Below are positions 7,500-16,150 of a stretch of 17,258 nucleotides of DNA, in pieces. This DNA comes from an uncultured Deferribacteres bacterium (GTDB lineage: Bacteria > Zhuqueibacterota > Zhuqueibacteria > Zhuqueibacterales > Geothermadaptataceae). Where the stretch lies: the NCBI GenBank assembly GCA_964014485.1, contig CAXHAT010000168.1, forward strand, positions 1-17,258. Reading direction: 5' to 3'. The notes below the pieces were generated by a model. The model saw only the letters and a list, made by a program, of their open reading frames with translations. It did no database searches and had not been told where the DNA came from. A program made the translations under genes and the position numbers. Position 1 is the first letter of the stretch; each line of letters opens with the position of its first letter.

Positions 7500-7949
7500 C
7501 TACTGCGTAACGTAATTGTGGACCAGAATTTTTATGGCGTCCTGAAAGCGAACTTCTAATTGCGTCTCGGACAAAACCTTAACAATTACGCCGTCCCCAA
7601 ATGTTTTGTGGCGCAGAGCCGCGGCTTGCGTAAAATCGCCCGTGATTTCATAATCGACGAATTGCTCTTCCTCAAAAGATTCGAGCAAAGTGTCCCAATC
7701 CATCGTCTTGGTTCTGCGGCGGGTGATCTTTTTAGGCTTATCGTCCGCCGCTTTCGATTTGGCAGTCTTTTTCTTGGCTTTAGGCGCTTTATAAGCGTGC
7801 GTCGAGTTACATCCCTTACACATCACTTTTTTGATAACGTCATTTTCTACGGAAGTAACGACGTGATACATCTCGCTCTTGCATTTCCCGCAAGTAGTAA
7901 AAATTTCGTCCCCGACTTCCGGCGTCTTGACTTCTTTGCTCATCGCCAC
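7500..7949 (-). CDS. Hypothetical protein: CxxC...CxxC Zn ribbon, Lys/Arg-rich linker, C-terminal Tudor/SH3-like module
   Basis: CGKC...CKGC and HKTFGDGVIVKVL...LEVRF, which resembles the PcrA/UvrD C-terminal Tudor-like pattern. The start is GTG7949 or ATG7943. Confidence 0.8.
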   Translation of the reverse strand: MAMSKEVKTPEVGDEIFTTCGKCKSEMYHVVTSVENDVIKKVMCKGCNSTHAYKAPKAKKKTAKSKAADDKPKKITRRRTKTMDWDTLLESFEEEQFVDYEITGDFTQAAALRHKTFGDGVIVKVLSETQLEVRFQDAIKILVHNYVTQ

Positions 7950-8117
7950 GACCCTTCCCTGAATAATTCCTAATTTCTTTTTAACTACGTTTCAAACGTT
8001 GCCCATCATTTCTCGCAACGCAAGCCCTGAAAGTACAAAAAATTCTTTTAATAATGCACTTTTTTTTCCGAATATTTTCAAACAGGGGGTGTTTTTCGAA
8101 AATCGTTTTTATGCATT

Positions 8118-8825
8118 CTATTGTTCAAAAGAAGGCAGCGAAGGTTTGGTCAAAAAATTAGAGGCTTGGGGCAGCTTTCCTGCAGCTTCTTTGTCCATAA
8201 AAAGAGACATCCTTCTAGACTGTTCTAAATGCAGATTGGCAAATTTGGCTGCCAGCTCTTCAATTTCCGAGCCGGAGAAAAGAGCCAGGAAGTCCGTCGC
8301 CGTTTTCATATAATTCTGGTTCAGCAAAACTACGGGCGCTTTGGAATCGAGATGTTTGGTAACATTCTCCACATTTTCAAAATAAACGTCTGATTCTGTC
8401 GGTGTGAAAAAAACAAAATCAAACTTCTGTGCATTGCGCGCGAGCTGAAAGCTTAGACTTCGGCGATATTCCTCGAGCGCGTCGTCCATTGACAATTTAT
8501 TTTTAACGGAATGTATGTTCTTGGGCGGGATTTGTACGTTCGCAAAAAGTAGTTCTGTAAGATTGGATAGATGCACTCCCGTCGCCTTGCCACAGTCAAA
8601 AAGTTCATCCAGAAGAAAAATGTGCATTTTCCCCCACTGCACTCTGTCGCAATATGGCGGAGTCGCAAGCAAATCGTAGACGAATGAGGCCTCGGCGGCG
8701 CCAGTCATAGCCGCATAACAAACGCCTTTTTCTTCAATATTCGAAGAAAATACGTCAGTGATTCGGTCAACAGCGGCGATGGCTAATTCATGTTTCGTAG
8801 AGTATATTTGGAGTTTAGAGTTCAT
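8118..8825 (-). CDS. Divergent 6-phosphogluconolactonase (Pgl/NagB-fold)-like protein
   Basis: The overall layout matches Pgl (YDLLA...VQWGKMHIFLLDE...SN...LLFANVQIPPKNIH...Y...L...FDFVF...FMDKEAAGKL), but catalytic motifs are altered. Confidence 0.7.
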   Translation of the reverse strand: MNSKLQIYSTKHELAIAAVDRITDVFSSNIEEKGVCYAAMTGAAEASFVYDLLATPPYCDRVQWGKMHIFLLDELFDCGKATGVHLSNLTELLFANVQIPPKNIHSVKNKLSMDDALEEYRRSLSFQLARNAQKFDFVFFTPTESDVYFENVENVTKHLDSKAPVVLLNQNYMKTATDFLALFSGSEIEELAAKFANLHLEQSRRMSLFMDKEAAGKLPQASNFLTKPSLPSFEQ

Positions 8826-9001
8826 AACGTTTTAATCTGCACTGACAAAATTCAGATAAAGAATTATTTTTCTTTGATTTTTTTCGAACCATCTTTAACT
8901 TGTCGCGTTCGTGACGTACTTAGGTTCTGAAGAACGACGTGCCGTGCCGCCCCGCTTCCCATACAGTACATCGATCAGCCTCAAACTGAATGGAGGGCCA
9001 A

Positions 9002-9943
9002 ATGCATCAACGATTACGATTCGTTGCCATGATTGCGCTAACCGCGCTCCTTTTTTCGGCCTGTAGCAGCGGGCGAATGTCTACTCGCAGAGCTTCTGAA
9101 CGCCTCAAGCCTGCCGAATCACTCCCTGAGCGAGAACGCTCACAATCTCCGCATAACTTAGTCATCCGCATTGGGAATGTCGCCGACAGCGGGCCAAGTT
9201 ACAAAAACTTTGTGACGCTCACAATAAACGGCAAAGAAATCGCACCGGAAAGAGCGGAACATAACTTGAAATCAGACTACGTTTACAAATTTCATTTAGC
9301 TCCCGGCGCTTATGACGTTAAAGCTAAATACCATGTCGTCGGCTTTTGGCGGAAAAGAGTTTATCAAATTCGTACGGATGAACGTGTCAGGATTCTGCCG
9401 AATTCGCGCACTGAATTATCCATTGATCTTGAAAAAGATCGGGGCGGCTTCCCCAGAAATAAGAAAAACTTTTTCGCGATCAGGCAATTTGATTTCGGCG
9501 AGTCGGCTGTTGTGAGCGAAGCGCCTAGACCGACGCGCAAGATTGAAAAGCTGGAACGACAAGAAGCTCCCAGAGAAAAACTCAGAGCCCCGAAACGACA
9601 ACTTAAGGAAGAACAACCACTCGAAAGAACGGATCAGCAAACGGTTACGCCTGAGCCACCGGCAGTTCAAGTAACGCCTCCCGCTCCGCCTGTCCAGCAA
9701 CCAGGCTTGTCTCCGGGCCGCATTAAGCTGCAAATCAATTCGATTCCGGTTGGCGCAGACATTTACGTCAACGACCGGTTTGTCGGCCAATCCCCGGCCA
9801 GGGTTATCATTGATCGCAGCGAAGGACATATTATTCAAATCACAAAAGCGGGCTACAAGGAATACTTGAAAGTGATTGATGCAGGCGAGTTGGTCAACAA
9901 GAACGATCTGCAGGTTATCGTTCGGCTCGAAAAAGACAATTGA
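9002..9943 (+). CDS. PEGA domain-containing lipoprotein
   Basis: ATG9002 follows GGAGG, with lipobox FSAC, a Pro/Gln-rich linker and a C-terminal LQINSIPVGADIYVNDRFVGQSP...HIIQITKAGY (PEGA). Confidence 0.85.
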   Translation: MHQRLRFVAMIALTALLFSACSSGRMSTRRASERLKPAESLPERERSQSPHNLVIRIGNVADSGPSYKNFVTLTINGKEIAPERAEHNLKSDYVYKFHLAPGAYDVKAKYHVVGFWRKRVYQIRTDERVRILPNSRTELSIDLEKDRGGFPRNKKNFFAIRQFDFGESAVVSEAPRPTRKIEKLERQEAPREKLRAPKRQLKEEQPLERTDQQTVTPEPPAVQVTPPAPPVQQPGLSPGRIKLQINSIPVGADIYVNDRFVGQSPARVIIDRSEGHIIQITKAGYKEYLKVIDAGELVNKNDLQVIVRLEKDN

Positions 9944-10017
9944 GTTTTTGTCTATCCCAATAAACGAGATCAATTGTTTTCTAACTTGAAGACTTGAGCT
10001 CTTTGTTGGTCTAATTT

Positions 10018-10080
10018 AAAAAGTCCGAGAGATTCTACTATTCGGGGAATAACTTTCCCGTAGAATCTTCCGGACTTTTT
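10018..10080. terminator. Long imperfect hairpin, likely bidirectional terminator
   Basis: AAAAAGTCCG..AGATTCTAC...GTAGAATCT..CGGACTTTTT lies between convergent genes, with an A-tract and a T-tract at the ends. Confidence 0.7.
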
Positions 10081-10117
10081 GTTTTTAGAATGCAGCGAAG
10101 ATCATGTAAAAGCATTC

Positions 10118-10939
10118 TCATTTGCCGGGATCATCTGGAGAAGCGTCGTTCAATTTCCAATTGTAAGAAAAGTGGCCAACCCCATAGCGTTTTGCCTCAG
10201 CTTTGAGCATCTCCCCCTCTTGCTTCGGCAGGAATTGGCTGAGATAAATCAGCAGGTCCGTTTTGTTCGAGGCGAAATCTCCTCTAAACCAGTCGAAGAT
10301 TTTTGAAACACGCGCTTTTTTATTTTCAAAGTCGAACACGTTCTTTCGCTCATCTCCAAGAAAGATTCTGGCTTGATCGTCAAGCTGCTCGTTTAAGCGA
10401 TCAGCGATATACGCTTCCGGTCGCAAAGGCGGGCAGCTTTGGGCGGCGCAGACCAGAGCAAAATGAATCCTGGGCTCGCCAAATGGCCTGATTATTTTGT
10501 GTTCAACCTGATTGAAAGAATATTTCACGCCGTTCAATTCGACAAACTTCTTGTGAAACGTCGAACGCTTAAAGACATAGGCTATGGTGCTAAAAACGCT
10601 TTCCAGAGGATATTTTTCGATGACGTATTTGAGCATGAATGCATTGTAAACATTCAACCAATAAGCAAGCTGTTCGGCAGGTTTTACGCTATCAGGATCA
10701 ATCCCTTGCAAGTAGCTAATATATTGCTGAAAACGCACATCTCCTTGCAGATTTTTGTAGTCAACCAATCCATCGTGAACATGTGTTTGCAGGACGGCGC
10801 TAAACAATTCATGATTCGGCATATAGCTACCTGTTCCCGCTCCAATCACGGGAAAATCTTGTGAAAAAACTGGTGAAACGACAATAGTAAGAATCGCCGC
10901 CACAACCCGGCATTTGATATTTTTTCTCAGGATTTTCAT
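10118..10939 (-). CDS. DUF547 domain-containing exported protein
   Basis: GLVDY, LAYWLNVYNA, EHKIIR..EPRIHFALVCAAQSCPPL, SKIFDWFRGDF and YNWKLN motifs, with an N-terminal signal peptide. Confidence 0.92.
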   Translation of the reverse strand: MKILRKNIKCRVVAAILTIVVSPVFSQDFPVIGAGTGSYMPNHELFSAVLQTHVHDGLVDYKNLQGDVRFQQYISYLQGIDPDSVKPAEQLAYWLNVYNAFMLKYVIEKYPLESVFSTIAYVFKRSTFHKKFVELNGVKYSFNQVEHKIIRPFGEPRIHFALVCAAQSCPPLRPEAYIADRLNEQLDDQARIFLGDERKNVFDFENKKARVSKIFDWFRGDFASNKTDLLIYLSQFLPKQEGEMLKAEAKRYGVGHFSYNWKLNDASPDDPGK

Positions 10940-10974
10940 CGACGATTGCAGTTACTCAAAGAGTCTTTTCTGGC

Positions 10975-11011
10975 ACAAAAAGAAAGGCGGTTCCGCTTGG
11001 ACGCCGCCTTT
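10975..11011 (-). terminator. Rho-independent terminator of the yceI-like gene
   Basis: The minus strand reads AAAGGCGG...CCGCCTTT followed by CTTTTTG. Confidence 0.7.
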
Positions 11012-11078
11012 AAAACTGGCCAATAATTACCAACGCAAGTCTAACAATGGAGCGTATTTTTCTTGCCGCTCGCTGAAG

Positions 11079-11678
11079 CTACTCTTCTTTACTGGGCCCT
11101 CTTGCCTCAAGATTAATTTCGATTTTGACCTCATCTGAAACCACAACGCCGCCGTTGTCCATTGCTCGGCTCCACTTCACGTTGTAATCCTGACGATTAA
11201 TCGTAAACACAGCTTCAATCCCCATACGCTTGCCGCGCGCCGTTTCAACGACGCCCAGAACTTCAAAAGGAATCTCGACCTGCTTCGTAACATCACGAAT
11301 AGTAAGATTGCCAACGGCGATGAAGCCATCGTCTCTCTTTTTGACGCTCGTGCTCTCAAACTTAATCTCAGGGTAATTCTCTACGTCGAAAAAGTCAGGG
11401 TTTTTCAAATGATCGTCACGCCGCTTGCTTTCGGTCGTGATGCTGGCGGTTTTAATAACCGCGCTCACGGAAGAATTTTCTACATTCTCCGCATCATACT
11501 CGATCTTGCCGGAAAAATCCGTAAATTCGCCGCGCACTTTCGCGACCATCATGTGCTTAACAGAAAAACCGACGTATGAATGCCCTCTGTCAATATCGAA
11601 TACGTCTCCCGCTGCTACGTTTTGCACAAATGCCAAGACGAGCGCTGAACCGACCAAAGCACGAAACAATTTCATCAT
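11079..11678 (-). CDS. yceI: YceI family polyisoprenoid-binding periplasmic protein
   Basis: IDRGHSYVGFSVKHMM..VRGEF, RDDHLKNPDFFDVENYPEIKFES and GNLTIRDVTK motifs, with a signal peptide and GGAGG RBS. Confidence 0.93.
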   Translation of the reverse strand: MMKLFRALVGSALVLAFVQNVAAGDVFDIDRGHSYVGFSVKHMMVAKVRGEFTDFSGKIEYDAENVENSSVSAVIKTASITTESKRRDDHLKNPDFFDVENYPEIKFESTSVKKRDDGFIAVGNLTIRDVTKQVEIPFEVLGVVETARGKRMGIEAVFTINRQDYNVKWSRAMDNGGVVVSDEVKIEINLEARGPSKEE

Positions 11679-11941
11679 TTACCTCCATAAAGCTACTTGA
11701 AAATTTTCAGAAAAGTTGGCGCAATATATGGCGCCGCGCGATTCAGGTCAATATTCGAATGCTCGAAAATTCGATGATTTCAAACACCGGTTGGCTTAAA
11801 ATTATTTCCAAAAAGTTGGGAATCAAGTGCGGTAAAACTTGCAGGTATTTTTTACATCATCGCGCCGCCTTCCGAACCACCCAATCGTCAATCAATAATT
11901 TCGAATCAATGAAAACAACGCCTTAGACATAAATTTAAACC

Positions 11942-11956
11942 TGGCGTCCGGCTTGC
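11942..11956 (+). promoter_or_regulatory. Candidate sigma-54 (-24/-12) promoter
   Basis: TGGCGTCCGGCTTGC is TGGC-N7-TTGC with exact GG-N10-GC spacing, 42 nt before ATG11999. Confidence 0.55.
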
Positions 11957-11998
11957 CTTATGTCGATGCATAAATTTATCATCGTGAAAGGAGCAGCC

Positions 11999-12601
11999 AT
12001 GTTTTCAGAAATTCGATCCCGCAGTCTCGCCCGCTTTCAAAACGCCCTCGTCGTTCCGGCAATTACAATCACAATTTCCTGGCAAGCCAACGATGAACCC
12101 GATATTTCCGGTTACAGAATTTATTATGGCGACCGATCCAGAAATTATCATTCCGTCATCGAAGTCGGCAACAAGACACAGCATGTCTTGACAGACGTAC
12201 AAGAAGATCAGCCGATTTTCTTCGCGCTGACGGCGGTGGACACAGCGGGGAATGAGAGCCCTTTTTCCAAAGAAGCCTCGCTTTTTGTTTCCGAAGTTGA
12301 TCAGGCTTCGGGCTTACAAGCTTATAACTTTCCCAATCCTTTTAACGCTTCAACCAACAGAACCAATATTCATTATGTGCTTGAAAATGCAGCTTCCGTA
12401 ACCATTCAGATTTTCGATTTTCACAACAATCTCATCGCGACAATCGCTGAAAACGTTCCAAAAACCGCAGGCGAACACACGGAAGATTTCTGGAACGGTC
12501 AAAATGCGTTCGGCTTACGCGTCGCCAACGGCGTTTACTTCTGCAAAATCCAAACGGAGACGACTTTTGAAATCATCAAAATTGCAGTTTCGAGCTACTA
12601 G
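11999..12601 (+). CDS. Fibronectin type III + FlgD-Ig/T9SS-like C-terminal domain protein
   Basis: AAAGGAG RBS before ATG11999. ISWQANDEPDISGYRIYYG...FALTAVDTAGNESPFS is FN3-like, and YNFPNPFN...WNGQN...VANGVYFCKI is the CTD. Confidence 0.85.
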   Translation: MFSEIRSRSLARFQNALVVPAITITISWQANDEPDISGYRIYYGDRSRNYHSVIEVGNKTQHVLTDVQEDQPIFFALTAVDTAGNESPFSKEASLFVSEVDQASGLQAYNFPNPFNASTNRTNIHYVLENAASVTIQIFDFHNNLIATIAENVPKTAGEHTEDFWNGQNAFGLRVANGVYFCKIQTETTFEIIKIAVSSY

Positions 12602-13811
12602 TTCAAGCGCCAAGCTTACCGCGGTCTGCCTCTTCCTCTTTGCGTCCGCCTTGCCGGCAACGCTTGTCCAGGCGCAAAACAGCCCTGGATTACCGGGCTC
12701 ATTCCTAAATCATGGCGCAGGCCCTCGCGGATTTGCTTTGGGCGGCGCCTTCACCGCAGTTGCGAACGACGCTTCGGCCAGCCTTTGGAATCCGGCGGGA
12801 TTGGCGCAGCAGAATCGCTTTCAAATGGCCGCTTCGTCTTTGGAGCTTTCACTGGGAAGAAATCAAAGATTTGCCGGACTTTCTTTGCCAATAACGCGAG
12901 GAACAATGCTCGGCGTTAACTGGACAAACGCCAGCATTGGCGGAATTGAAGCAAGGACTGGGAATTCGTCCTCGGCGGATTTTCTTTTTAGCCACGCTGA
13001 CCATGCTTTTTGGTTGACGCTTGCACAAAAACTCGGCGGATTTTTTTATCTCGGCGCTAACGCTAAAATGCTTTACCAAAAACAGCACTTGGCGCAATCG
13101 TTCGGACAGGGGTTCGACGTTTCGTTTCTCGTAAAGCCCTCGACTTTTTTGAGTCTGGGATTTACAGCTCAGAATCTGCTGACCAGCGCAAATTGGTCGA
13201 CCGGCTTGCAAGAGAATTATCCTCACTCGCTCCGAGCAGGCGTTGCGCTAAACTTTTGGCGAAAATTGCTTATTTCGGCCGATGTCACGAATTTCTCATC
13301 TGAATCCCCTTCGATTTTCACCGGTGTGGAAATGCGTGTTTCAAAGCACCTTCCCATTCGTCTGGGTTACCAGTCGCTTGGAATCAGCGGCGGCGCGGGA
13401 TTGGTCTTTCCAATGCAAAACCTGGATATTTCGATAGACTACGGTTTTGGGCAAAACCAGGTAGACGGAACGGATATTCACAGTTTTTCTTTCTCGTTTG
13501 CCTTAAAGCCAAAACGGAAAGCCGTATTCTCAGAAATCGCCTATGCACCGCAGGGTGCTCGCGTTGAAGAAACAGAAAAGAGGAGTTCTCTTAAGAAGGG
13601 CAAAAAGGAAGCAAGGCAAAAGTGGGTTCAAGTGACAGCAAGAAGGCTCAACGTCCGCAAAGGCCCCGGCGTTGAATTCACCAAGATCGCCGAAACCAGA
13701 CGCGGTGATAAATTAAAAGTTTTGAAACGTAAGAATGGTTGGCTGCACGTCGTATTCTCAGGCGAGAAACGCGGCTGGGTGCATGAGGATTATGTTCGAA
13801 TTTTGAAGTAG
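12567..13811 (+). CDS. PorV/PorQ-family outer-membrane beta-barrel with C-terminal SH3b domain
   Basis: TTG12567 follows GGAGA and gives a signal peptide. FL..GAGPRGFALGGAFTAVANDASASLWNPAGL is the PorV/FadL-like N-terminal motif, and VTARRLNVRKGPG...NGWLHV...RGWVHEDYV is SH3b. Confidence 0.85.
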   Translation: MKSSKLQFRATSSSAKLTAVCLFLFASALPATLVQAQNSPGLPGSFLNHGAGPRGFALGGAFTAVANDASASLWNPAGLAQQNRFQMAASSLELSLGRNQRFAGLSLPITRGTMLGVNWTNASIGGIEARTGNSSSADFLFSHADHAFWLTLAQKLGGFFYLGANAKMLYQKQHLAQSFGQGFDVSFLVKPSTFLSLGFTAQNLLTSANWSTGLQENYPHSLRAGVALNFWRKLLISADVTNFSSESPSIFTGVEMRVSKHLPIRLGYQSLGISGGAGLVFPMQNLDISIDYGFGQNQVDGTDIHSFSFSFALKPKRKAVFSEIAYAPQGARVEETEKRSSLKKGKKEARQKWVQVTARRLNVRKGPGVEFTKIAETRRGDKLKVLKRKNGWLHVVFSGEKRGWVHEDYVRILK

Positions 13812-13887
13812 GTGTAGATGATCAACATCTGCCGGAAAGCTTGAACAGCTTCCCACGCCTGCATATTTGCATCTTCTGAGTAATTGC

Positions 13888-13923
13888 TAACTCCGACAGG
13901 GTTTTTGAACCCTGTCGGAGTTA
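13888..13923. repeat. Perfect 16-bp-stem palindrome between convergent genes (terminator or REP-like)
   Basis: TAACTCCGACAGGGTT-TTTG-AACCCTGTCGGAGTTA. Confidence 0.75.
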
Positions 13924-13929
13924 CTTCAG

Positions 13930-15585
13930 CTATTTGGAGATGCTTCCGGCAACGCTCTCGCCGTCAATTTTCCCTCTGACTTTTACTTGTAAAAGTTCAG
14001 CCAGCGTCGGTGCAATATCGACCGTTTTGATTTCTTTCGCGTCTTGTTTGGCCTGAATGCCCTTCCCCCAAAAAACAATCGGCACATTCGTGTCATATTC
14101 ATAAGGCGAACCGTGAGACGTGCCGTATTGCCCGGAAACCAGACGATGTTTTTTAAACCGCAGCATCAAATCGCCGGTGCGCTCCTTGTGATAAGAATTC
14201 CGGTAAAGCTCAATGTAAGGACGATCCGACGCCTTATTGCTTTCGAGCTCTGCTTTGGTGAAAACGTCGTCAATTTCTTCCAGTGCCTTCAGCTTTTCGG
14301 CAAAAACTTCGTCGAGCCTGGGCTTGGACACGTTGTAAGGTTTTGCAGCGTCATAATTCAGCAAAACGCCGTTGCCCGACATGCCGAGTATCAACTTTTC
14401 TTTGACGCCTAATTCCTCCCCAACTTCTTCGGTTATTGAGCCAAGCTTCTCTCTCAAATTAACGCTGTTAACGCGCTCAGCGTCTACGCCGCGTCGTTTC
14501 AATTCTTCGGGCAGCGGCAAAACGCCGTGGTCGCTGGTAAGCGCAACGATGTAATTTTCTACGCCGATTTTCTCATCCAGGAATGCAAAGAATTCGCCGA
14601 GATAGCGATCCAGGCGCAGAAAATGATCCATGCTTTCCTGGCTGAACGGGCCGTAAGAATGGCCAACGCCGTCAGCGGCTGAGCACCCCACAAAAAGCAG
14701 ATCGGGAACGTCGTCTGCGCCAAGCCCTTCATTTTTTATGAGCTCAACAGCAAATTTCAACACATACTCGTCGGTGAACGGCGTACCTGCTAATCTGCCG
14801 TAGAACGAGCCGTCCGGCTTATCCTTCGTCTTGTTAAACAAATGCGGAAAAGTGGTGTTTTTGCCGTCCGCTTCGTACGGATATTCATCTTCACGCGCCA
14901 ATTCATAGGCTTCATCCGGCAAAAGTTTTTGCCAGCCTTTATCAAAATATTGGTCGAGCATGTGAGCGGCGTTAAAATCATCCACCCACTTCGGGTAAGA
15001 TTTCATGTAATAAGTTGAGGAAATCATGTTGCCCGTACTGCCGCTGTACCAATAAGCGGCGTCAGCTTTTCCGCCGCCCATGAGGGTCGCCGCTCGATCC
15101 TTGCGGCCAACGCCAAAAACTTTCGCGCGGCGATGCGCTTTCTTTAGCCAGACTCCGAGATCATCAGTCCGCATTTGTCGCGGCGAACGCCCCGGACTTT
15201 TCGTGTCAGACTTCTCTCCAACAGGCCGTACGGTGAGGTCTTCGCTGCAATAAACGTATTTCCCAGTCACCCTGTCGAACCAATTGTTGCCGACAACGCC
15301 GCTGCGCGACGGGTAGCTTCCCGACGAAATTGACGCATGCCCCGGGCCCGTCGCCGTTTGTGCGTGGTATTGATGGGCGTTCAAAAAGACGGCGCCTTCC
15401 TTGCCAAGCCGGGCAAAACCGTGTTCATATAGTTTTTCGAACCGGGTCAAATGGTCCGGGCGCATCTGATCAACGGCGATCACAACCGTCAATTTGGGCG
15501 GCGAAGCGGGTTGGGCCTGAACAAGAGCCGCAGCGAAGCCAAAAAGGAAAAATAAAACTGTAAATTGCAGACAGGGGCGTTTCAT
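13930..15585 (-). CDS. PafA-like alkaline phosphatase superfamily protein (type I phosphodiesterase/nucleotide pyrophosphatase family)
   Basis: VIAVDQMR, TATGPGHA (Thr nucleophile), GNNW, KDRAA, DGVGHSYGP, TSDHG and HGSPYEYDTNVP motifs, with a signal peptide. Confidence 0.92.
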   Translation of the reverse strand: MKRPCLQFTVLFFLFGFAAALVQAQPASPPKLTVVIAVDQMRPDHLTRFEKLYEHGFARLGKEGAVFLNAHQYHAQTATGPGHASISSGSYPSRSGVVGNNWFDRVTGKYVYCSEDLTVRPVGEKSDTKSPGRSPRQMRTDDLGVWLKKAHRRAKVFGVGRKDRAATLMGGGKADAAYWYSGSTGNMISSTYYMKSYPKWVDDFNAAHMLDQYFDKGWQKLLPDEAYELAREDEYPYEADGKNTTFPHLFNKTKDKPDGSFYGRLAGTPFTDEYVLKFAVELIKNEGLGADDVPDLLFVGCSAADGVGHSYGPFSQESMDHFLRLDRYLGEFFAFLDEKIGVENYIVALTSDHGVLPLPEELKRRGVDAERVNSVNLREKLGSITEEVGEELGVKEKLILGMSGNGVLLNYDAAKPYNVSKPRLDEVFAEKLKALEEIDDVFTKAELESNKASDRPYIELYRNSYHKERTGDLMLRFKKHRLVSGQYGTSHGSPYEYDTNVPIVFWGKGIQAKQDAKEIKTVDIAPTLAELLQVKVRGKIDGESVAGSISK

Positions 15586-16150
15586 GAAATGCTCTCTCTT
15601 AAATTTCCTGAATACTCAACAAATCGATCAGCGGTGTTTGGAAAGTCCAAAGTTGTCACCTTGGGACTCTCTACCTGACATTTTTTGTAAACTGCATTTT
15701 CGAGCCGCCGAAAACCCCAGTTTTGTCTTTCTGAAGGAATCTTTGTTATCGTCCAGTGCAGATTACGCTCAAAAGTTCAAGAATTGGATCAAAATAGATG
15801 CTTCCAGCATGACAATCCCGCCCTTTTTTACCAGCTTTTGAAGCTTGAACAAAAAGTGTCAGGCGGCGAACCTTGAGAGTATAAGATCATTCCTTCAAAA
15901 CAGCAAGCCTGGGGACTTCTCCGATACACTCGTATAAAAATATAAACACTTCGCAATGGCGTGACTACATTTTTCTTACGTTTTGCAAAATCAGCAACGG
16001 GTAAGCCAATGCGAACGGCAGCCTCGTCCTGTCAGAAGAAATAATTTTGAAAACATTCGCCAGCAGAGTATCTTCAGAAGGTTACGGAACATTCTACTCC
16101 GCCCGCGTGTTTCGAAAAACAGCACACGCTCCGACTATATTGGCAAATCC

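Noticed and set aside
12504..12566. ATG12504 as the start of the PorV-like gene
   Set aside because: It gives a long overlap with the upstream CDS and a non-signal-like extension. TTG12567 has an SD and yields a more normal signal peptide.
1791..15841. Numerous short or antisense ORFs in the track (e.g. 1791..2255-, 4837..5253-, 7560..7973+, 9416..9973-, 10439..10864+, 15584..15841+)
   Set aside because: Most shadow well-supported genes, and none shows recognisable motifs.
15983..16150. N-terminal extension of the last ORF from TTG15983
   Set aside because: The extension is Arg-rich and looks non-coding. ATG16151 begins a signal-peptide-like sequence.
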